NCBI GenBank assembly: GCA_043805855.1
Contig: JAZDHP010000005.1
Coordinates: 1,132-65,131, forward strand
DNA: 64,000 nt
From: Candidatus Micrarchaeota archaeon
GTDB taxonomy: Archaea > Micrarchaeota > Micrarchaeia > Norongarragalinales > UBA8480
Direction: 5' to 3'
Every line of letters starts with the position of its first letter. Position 1 is the stretch's first letter. The translations under genes and the position numbers were made by a program. Shown here one piece after another: positions 57,909-64,000 of this stretch. Under the pieces are notes generated by a model. That model was not told the DNA's origin, ran no database searches, and saw nothing but the letters and a program-made list of their open reading frames with translations.

Positions 57909-58628
57909 GCTCATGTCTGTTACACGCGTTTAAAAAATACGCGGGGTCAACCATTTCTGTTGACCTCTGCATATCGCTATGCAGATCGGACTATATCTTC
58001 ACCATTTCTGGCGTTTAGCGTATAGTCTCTGAGGATTCTAAATAAAACGGAATCGTCTTTCTGTTCATTGTGGAAATTATTCCAGCTATTTTGTCAAGTC
58101 CTTCCTTTGTTAAGTGTTGCTTTGCTTCCATGATTGAAAGAATTTCTGCAAATTTTTCCAAGTTCTTTTGTTTGGAAGTTTGCAATTTGTACCGTTTGAA
58201 GAATTCTACTATTAATTTCAAATTCTTTAAACCGCGTACGCGAAATTCTTTTCGATCACCGTGGTTTACAGTTACTTCTCCAAAACCAAAATATTCTTTG
58301 ATTCGGTAAAGCACTTGTTCATCACGTTGATGCTGCACAACTCTAAATTCTGGAAGAACCGTCCAGCCGGCGGACATTTTCTCTAGCTTGTTTATAGCTA
58401 CATGAAAACATCCTTCTCCGTCAACGAACCCAACGATCCAGTTTGGATTTAGTCTTTCCTGCTGATTGTCTGCACTCATAACATTGTCATTACAGCTCAC
58501 GTGTTTTTGATTTAAATTTAAATCGCAACACGTCATTGCCGGTAATAGTTTGAGATACCCCAGAGTTTCCAGCATATAGCTAAATTTTGTTAAGGCAAAT
58601 GTAATCTTACCTTAAGAGACTCAGAGTT
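57909..58628 (-). mobile_element. 23S intron 4 carrying a LAGLIDADG ORF. Inserted after ..CTTAAGGTA (E. coli ~1917 region, a known archaeal LSU intron site).
   Basis: CCUAAGGUA|GCGAAAUUCC is interrupted. The exon resumes at GCGTAATACCTCGCCGCTTAATTGGCGGCTCGCATGAATGGCGTAACGA (~57905). Confidence 0.55.
58015..58575 (-). CDS. LAGLIDADG homing endonuclease (intron-encoded)
   Basis: 186 aa. WIVGFVDGEGCFHV motif. Confidence 0.7.
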   Translation of the reverse strand: MLETLGYLKLLPAMTCCDLNLNQKHVSCNDNVMSADNQQERLNPNWIVGFVDGEGCFHVAINKLEKMSAGWTVLPEFRVVQHQRDEQVLYRIKEYFGFGEVTVNHGDRKEFRVRGLKNLKLIVEFFKRYKLQTSKQKNLEKFAEILSIMEAKQHLTKEGLDKIAGIISTMNRKTIPFYLESSETIR

Positions 58629-59227
58629 TAGACTGTCAGAGTTCCGTAGAACGCTGAATTAGTCCCGCTCTTTAGCAGTCCTTCATTGGGTTGAAACCCA
58701 ACTTCAGATACTACCAGTGAGCAGGCGTCACCCTCCGTACAAAACGTTTCCATCTTGCGGAGAGCTGTGTTTTTGATAAACAGTCGACCTCCCCTAGTTA
58801 TTGCAACCTACAGGTCCATACTTGATGTAATCTCGTACAAAAGTGTAGGCACCCCTTTTCCCGAAGTTACGGGGCTGACTTGCCGAGTTCCCTTGCTTTG
58901 GTTCTCCTGCCACGTCTTGGCTTTCTCTGCCAGGGGCACCTGTACTGGTTCTAGGTACGATCTCACGACTCGCTTCTTGCACTGTTTTCAGGGGCTCATG
59001 GATTCGGTTTGTATTTCCTAGCTTGAACAAGTGCTCTTCACAACGAAACTTCCTTGTTCTATTCTAGTTAAACGCTCAAGGAAATGAGCGCCAAACTTAT
59101 CCACAAGCGTCTAATGCAAGCTTGTGTTACCACGAGCTGTCGCGAGGCACACGAATATTAACGTGTTTCCCTTTCCGCTTTAATCACCGTTACGTGTAGC
59201 GTTAGGATCGGCTTACTCTTGGTCGAC

Positions 59228-59330
59228 TCGCTGAACCTTTTCTTTCTCAAAGAAATAAAACGTTCACGAAAAGAAAGATTTTAATTTTCTTTTCCGTAGA
59301 CGCTTTTCTTTTCCCAAAAGAAAAGGGTCT
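59228..59330. repeat. Cluster of three short A/T hairpins (CTTTTCTTT-N-AAAGAAAAG type) forming an expansion segment inside 23S
   Basis: ccttttctttctcaaagaaataaaacg / cgaaaagaaagattttaattttcttttccg / cgcttttcttttcccaaaagaaaaggg. Same hairpin family as in the ITS and tRNA introns. Confidence 0.6.
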
Positions 59331-60961
59331 CTAGCGTTGCCAAGAAACCCGTGCCCTTCCGACGTTGGAGTTTCTCACTCCAAATTGATGCTACTAATAC
59401 CAAGATATTCATTACTATTTAGTCCACACGTCCTCACGAACGTGCTTCGACCCAAACAGTACGCCCTCCTACCAAATCTACGCTTGTCTGCGTAGTTTTA
59501 CAGTATCGGTGACTGACTTTAGTCCCGATAGTTTGCAGCGCTTCGATTCTTGATGGATCCGCTGTTACGCGTTGTTTAAAGGATGGCTGCTTCTGAGCCT
59601 ACCTCTCCACTGTCTGAGAATCAAAACGCCTTTTGTTTACACTTAGCCAGTACTTTGGGACCTTAACTACAATAGGGGTCGTTCCCCTTCAGGAGTACGC
59701 GCTTACCTCGTACATCCCAACTCCCACCTTCTAAGGCAATACTAGCTTCGGAGTTCGACAAGAAAGTGAGGATTTTACTCCCCGCTCTTTCTGATCGGTC
59801 GCTCTACCTAGTATTCGCCTCCAGCGAGGCTGTCCTGCGGGACACTTCGGAGGGAACCTGCTAATGCCCAGCTCGAATGAACTTTCATCCCTAAACCCGA
59901 GTCACCCGATCGGATAAACCAGAAACGGTTGCAGGCCTCCACCAACCTGTAGGTCGGCTTCGCCTTACTCGGGCATAGATCGCATGGGCTTCAGGTTTCA
60001 CAATAGTGACTTATGGCCAGTTACGACCACTCTCCTGGCGTCTTGCGACGTTGCGAGAATTTTGGTTTCCCTGTGCATATTGCTCGCCACTCTCGTGAAC
60101 TCCTTGGCTCTTGCTTCGAGAAGTATGACGCAACGCTGGTCCCCCTTGCGGAGGTCCTTTCACGCCGCGCCTTCTTGTTACCATTTAGTTTCAGGCACTT
60201 TGAACTCCCCTTTCGGGGTTCTTTTCAGTTTTCCCTCTCGGTACTTAATTCACTATCGGTCTTGAGTTATATTTAGCGTTGCAAGTTAATACTCGCGCGT
60301 TCACATTCCCAAATCGGGGAACGCTACTCTGGACACTCGCACACCTTGAACTTCAGCGCTTACAGGGCTATCACCTTGTTGCGCGAAACTTTCCAGTTCT
60401 CTTCAGCTAAGAAATTCAAGTGTTAAAAGCGAGGCCAAACACCACATGTACGCCTCCTTGCGGGGCGAATTCGGTTTGCACTATTCTGCGTTCGTTCGCA
60501 CTAATAACAGAATCTCGAGTTTGATTTCTTTTCCTCTCCCTACTAAGATATTTCAATTCAGGAGGTTCGCAATCCTTTCGGATCAATTAAGACACCCACG
60601 GTTCAATGCCTGCATGCGGCTACCCGTGGCTTTTCGCAGCTTGCCGCGTCCTTCATCGCTACTCAAGCCTAACCATCCACTAAACGGTTTTAAAAGCAAG
60701 TAACATCTATTCTACCATTGCCAAAACGTATTTGAAACTTATACTTCTAAGTTTAAAATTGTTTTAACGTGGCTTTTTCTTCCCTCTAATTTTTGCCTAC
60801 TTAACAGCTTCACGTCTACAGCGGCTCGGAGCCACTGCATTATCAGCCTTATTCAGATTTAGCAAAGCCCGCATAAGAGGAACGGGTTTATATTTTGCAA
60901 ACCTACATTTTTTCGAACAACAAAACGCGCCATTTAAACGCATTCTATTTAGAAACTTGAA

Positions 60962-61225
60962 TGGACTCGACGGGATTTCCTTCACCCGTTTTCTTTTAAG
61001 GCAAAAGGCCTTTCATTCCAAAAGAAAAAAAATCAAAACAGTTTTTATGAAAACTATTTTTTCTTTTGGGGGTGACGGACCTTTTCTTTGTAAAAGAAAA
61101 GGGATGTCTTTGAACCCGCGACCTCCTGCTTTTCTGAGAAAAGAAATTTTCTTTTCGTCGACGTTTTCTTTTTGAAAAGAAAAGGTCGCTGCAAAGCAGG
61201 CGCGCTACCACTGCGCTACGAGCCC
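60962..61225 (-). tRNA. tRNA-Ala (anticodon UGC) with two introns: canonical 37/38 (59 nt, 61131..61189) and T-loop 59/60 (133 nt, 60976..61108). No encoded CCA.
   Basis: Hand-folded. Exon 1 GGGCUCGUAGCGCAGUGGUAGCGCGCCUGCUUUGCA (61225..61190). Exon 2 AGCAGGAGGUCGCGGGUUCAAA (61130..61109). Exon 3 UCCCGUCGAGUCCA (60975..60962). Gives a 7-bp acceptor with the G3:U70 Ala identity pair, 4-bp D stem, 5-bp anticodon stem (CCUGC/GCAGG), and T stem GCGGG/CCCGU. Lies in the 16S-23S spacer, as in typical archaeal rRNA operons. Confidence 0.7.
60976..61190. repeat. ITS / tRNA-intron hairpin repeats (CTTTTCTTTT-N4-8-AAAAGAAAAG family)
   Basis: ccttttctttgtaaaagaaaaggg (61080-61103), cgttttctttttgaaaagaaaagg (61161-61185), ttttcttttaaggcaaaaggcc / ccaaaagaaaaaaaatc (60988-61035). 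Both tRNA introns are built largely from these hairpins. Confidence 0.6.
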
Positions 61226-61929
61226 ATTTATTGTAAATAGAGTTTTTTGAAATTGTTTTTGGAAAGAAATGGCGTTTGAAAATTTAGGGACTAGATCTAG
61301 TCTGTATTCTATCGATTGCACAAAAAATGTTTGGAGGTGATCTAACCGCAGGTTCCCCTACGGTTACCTTGTTACGACTTAACCCTCCTCACGAACTAAT
61401 AGCTTGAATCAATCCGTTGGACTGAGCCTCACTAAAAGCTCGCTTGGGTGGCTTGACGGGCGGTGTGTGCAAGGAGCGGGGACATATTCACCGCGCGATG
61501 ATGACACGCGATTACTAGTCATTCCAGCTTCACGAGGATGAGTTTCAACCCTCGATCCGAACTTAGGTAAAGTTTTGGGGATTGCCTTCGCCTTTCGGCG
61601 TCGGAACTCATTGTCTTTACCATTGTATGCCACGTGTGGCCCAGGAAATTCAGGCCATACTGACCTAGCGTCGCCTTCTCCTTCCTCCCACTTAACGTAG
61701 GCAGTCTTCACAGAGTGCCCCTTACATTACTGTAAAGGTAGCAACTGTAAACGAAGATCTCGCTCGTTGCAGGACTTAACCTGACACCTCACGGCACGAG
61801 CTGACGCTGGCCATGCAACACTTCTCAGCTTGTCGGCCAAGATCTTTAGTCTGGGCTTCATTCTGCTGTCTTTCCTGGTGAGTTTCCCGGCGTTGAGTCC
61901 AATTGAACCGCAGCTTATGGAGCTAAGAG

Positions 61930-62242
61930 AAACACGGAAAATAATTATTAAATTTTCCCAACTAAGTTTATAAAAAAAGCTAAATGCTAATTTTTATTTT
62001 TTTAAAAATAGATATTAGTGGCTACAGGTTATTTAGTAAAAAAGTTAACTTACACCTTTTAAGGTGTAAGGCCTTAACGAAGCGAAAGCTTCGTTAAGTA
62101 AACTGGAAATTTTTGCGATCAATTGGCATATTGAGCTCGCTGAATTTTGTTGGTAACTTTACGTGTGGTAAATTTACCTTACAGTTTTCTTTTTAATTTA
62201 CGAAATAAAATGTAGCAGTGTATTCTCGAAGCTTATCCACGA
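61930..62242 (-). mobile_element. 16S intron B (~310 nt, no ORF), inserted after GCACCACAAG (E. coli ~920 region)
   Basis: The exon continues canonically to CACAAG at 62243. Homology resumes at ..CTCCATAAGCTGCGGTTCAATTGGACTCAACGCCGG (~61925). The intron contains the palindromic 60-nt element shared with 23S intron 3. Lower boundary +/-10 nt. Confidence 0.55.
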
Positions 62243-62278
<36 letters not shown>

Positions 62279-62384
62279 ATCTTGCGACCGTACTCCCCAA
62301 GTGGCAGACTAAACGGCTTCCCTACGGCACTGCATTCGCTCGAAGCAAATGCAACGCCAAGTCTGCATAATTTACTGCTAGGAC

Positions 62385-63011
62385 TTTCCGGCACTAGCTA
62401 GCTATATAAAAAGTTAAACCTATTCACGTTCAACGCGCCTGTGATGTCTATTCTAAAGCCACCATCAGAGCATCGACTGAGCGAACAGGCAATTTTATCT
62501 GCTTTTAACACTTTCACTATTTTCGTTATCGCTTTCTCGTTGTATATCTCAAAAGCGATACGTGGTTTGTTTCTCCACAGATAGCTATAAGCTTCTGCAT
62601 CGAATAAACCTTTTGTAAAAGCGCGGAAAAACTTTTTATTACTAAAATTTGGAATCACAAAAGTTTTACTTTTGTTTCTACCTTGGCAATGTAATAATTT
62701 TCTCAATTCAGCTTCAATTTTTACTGAATAAATTGAAATTAAATACATTTCGTGACCGTCGGAATATTTTCTCTTTTTTACTATTGGTTTTTTGCCAAAA
62801 ACTCTTTGCATTAGTTCAGCAATTTCAACTGACCTTTGTAAATATTTTGTACCAATAGAAATTCCGCGGCTTTGAAACCACCCATCTCCGGCAAATAATC
62901 CAAGTAAATAACAAAAATCCTTTGAATACATAGATTAGTTATTTGTATTGAATTATTAAGCTCATCGAGACAGGTCGTTGCCGGTGATTCCGGCTAATTA
63001 GCTAACTAGTG
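62385..63011 (-). mobile_element. 16S intron A (~627 nt) with LAGLIDADG ORF, inserted between GGATTAGATACCCGGGTA and GTCCTAGC (E. coli ~800 region)
   Basis: Exon homology breaks at 63011 and resumes at 62384 (GTCCTAGCAGTAAATTATGC). Confidence 0.6.
62398..62931 (-). CDS. LAGLIDADG homing endonuclease (16S intron-encoded)
   Basis: 177 aa. YLLGLFAGDGW and KGLFDAEAYS motifs. Confidence 0.75.
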   Translation of the reverse strand: MYSKDFCYLLGLFAGDGWFQSRGISIGTKYLQRSVEIAELMQRVFGKKPIVKKRKYSDGHEMYLISIYSVKIEAELRKLLHCQGRNKSKTFVIPNFSNKKFFRAFTKGLFDAEAYSYLWRNKPRIAFEIYNEKAITKIVKVLKADKIACSLSRCSDGGFRIDITGALNVNRFNFLYS

Positions 63012-64000
63012 TACCCGGGTATCTAATCCGGTTTGCTCCCCTAGCCTTCGCCCCTCACCGTCGGACGTGTCTTGGTACGACGCTTTCGCCACTGGTGGTC
63101 CTGCAAGGATTACAACATTTTACCGTTCCCCCTGCAGTACCTCGTACCTCCTCCACTCCCTAGTCTGGTAGTGTTCCCTGCTCGCCTCTAAGTTAAGCTT
63201 AGAGATTTGACAGGAAATTTTCCAAACCGGCTACGGGCGCTTTAGACTCAATATTCGTGGACACCACTCGTGCTACCTGTATTACCGCGGCGGCTGGCAC
63301 AGGATTTACCCACCACTTATTCTCCAAGCTATTCAAGCTTAGTAAAAGAATCCCTTTCGGGAATCACTCGGATTACCCCCGTCACGCTTTCGCGCATTGC
63401 GGAATTTTCGCGCCTGCTGCACCCCGGAGGGCTTGGGCCCTTGTCTCAGTGCCCATCTGGGGGCCATCACTCCCATGACCCCTACTGATTATAGGTTTGG
63501 GGGTCCGTTACACCTCCAACAGCCTAATCAGCCGCAGTCCCATCCTAGAGCGAAACCATTCCAATTCATGGCTCTTTTTACTCTTTCACCATTCCAGGTT
63601 GAAAGAGCTATGCAGTATTAGCGACACTTTCGCGTCGTTATTCCACTCTCTAGGGTAGGTTGACTACGTGTTATTCAGCCGTACGCCAAGACTCGAAGTC
63701 GAGTCTTTAGACTTGCATGGCTTAATCGCAATCCGATAGCGGTGTCCTCCAGCAGGATCAACTGGTGTTGAAGAACCGGTTTACCCGGTTCTCTGCTTGA
63801 GTCGCAATTTCAAGTAGGAATTGACTTTCTCTACTCCGCTAAATTTTTTTCTCACCCATTTCTTTCGAAATTTCAAAAAACCCTACGTCAAACCCAAGAC
63901 GAATGACTACGCGGTAGTTTGACTCGTTTAATTGAGTTTCCATAAAAAACTAGCACAGCTCGTAAACGTTTACTCGCCGAAGGAGAAACCTAAAGGTTCC

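Larger units (their letters stand above)
54460..60705 (-). rRNA. 23S rRNA gene interrupted by four introns (exons total about 3.1 kb)
   Basis: Reverse complement contains conserved LSU blocks: 5' region GGATGGTTAGGCTTGAGTAGCGATGAAGGACG (60640-60680), GAAGACCCCATGGAGCTTAACTATAGCC (~57760), GCTACCCTGGGGGTAA (~56600), TAGTACGAGAGGAACGG and GATAAGTCCTGAAAGCATCTAAG (54580-54700). Ends approximate to +/-15 nt. Confidence 0.85.

Noticed and set aside
59984-60703. ORFs within 23S sequence (59984..60265, 60013..60276, 60446..60703) and within 16S sequence (63257..63621)
   Set aside because: They overlap regions that align to conserved rRNA blocks. Not protein-coding.
60976-61190. Possible CRISPR array, because of repeated short palindromes in the spacer
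   Set aside because: Repeats are ~24-nt hairpins of irregular spacing and orientation, embedded in tRNA introns and rRNA. No regular repeat-spacer periodicity and no cas genes.
60996-61211. 71-aa minus-strand ORF in the 16S-23S spacer
   Set aside because: Overlaps the tRNA-Ala exons and the hairpin repeats. Composition is K/R/F-rich from poly-A/T. Spurious.

Overview
This window looks archaeal, with DPANN-like features. Supporting signals, all read from the sequence: roughly 40% GC, AT-rich TATA-like boxes about 30-45 nt upstream of start codons, a 16S 3' end GATCACCTCC, class III (type IV pilin-like) signal peptides, and rRNA genes interrupted by introns carrying LAGLIDADG homing endonuclease ORFs. 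Contents, left to right: (1) 1..4008 (-): the 5' part of a giant surface protein. It has an N-terminal TM anchor, Ig/CARDB-like beta-rich body and a Q/Y/G/N-rich tail. Its gene runs off the window edge, so the six-frame track, which is bounded by stops, does not list it. (2) 4040..4250: a duplicated promoter-like region. (3) 4406..5459: a small RelE/ParE-like TA pair and a YdjM-like membrane hydrolase. (4) 5482..14643: a cluster of two HprK-fold P-loop kinase-like proteins (one fused to an FHA domain), a second FHA protein, a SAM-methyltransferase-like protein, a GT2 glycosyltransferase and hypotheticals. Several of these carry a recurrent ~60-aa 'RHGWLPxPLK...LxxxGxHFxT' module. (5) 14660..21940 (-): a 2426-aa giant surface protein, followed upstream by a Cys-rich secreted protein. 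(6) A mini archaeosortase-like membrane protein. (7) leuS. (8) A MazF-type TA pair. (9) A complete type IV pilus-like locus: a FlaI/TadA-like ATPase, five small proteins including two tandem paralog pairs, a TadC/FlaJ-like platform protein and six pilin-like genes. (10) Two scattered paralog families, A with 4 copies and B with 3 copies. Within each family the 5' ends are near-identical and the bodies diverge. (11) A Zn-ribbon membrane protein, a 1354-aa secreted protein with a C-terminal sorting-signal-like tail, ScpA, NUDIX and Fic. (12) A minus-strand rRNA operon: 16S with 2 introns, tRNA-Ala(UGC) with 2 introns, and 23S with 4 introns. Five of the six rRNA introns carry LAGLIDADG ORFs, and one of those is antisense. 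The operon is studded with a small hairpin repeat family. The most novel-looking system is the HprK-like/FHA/RHGWL-module network that neighbours the giant surface proteins.
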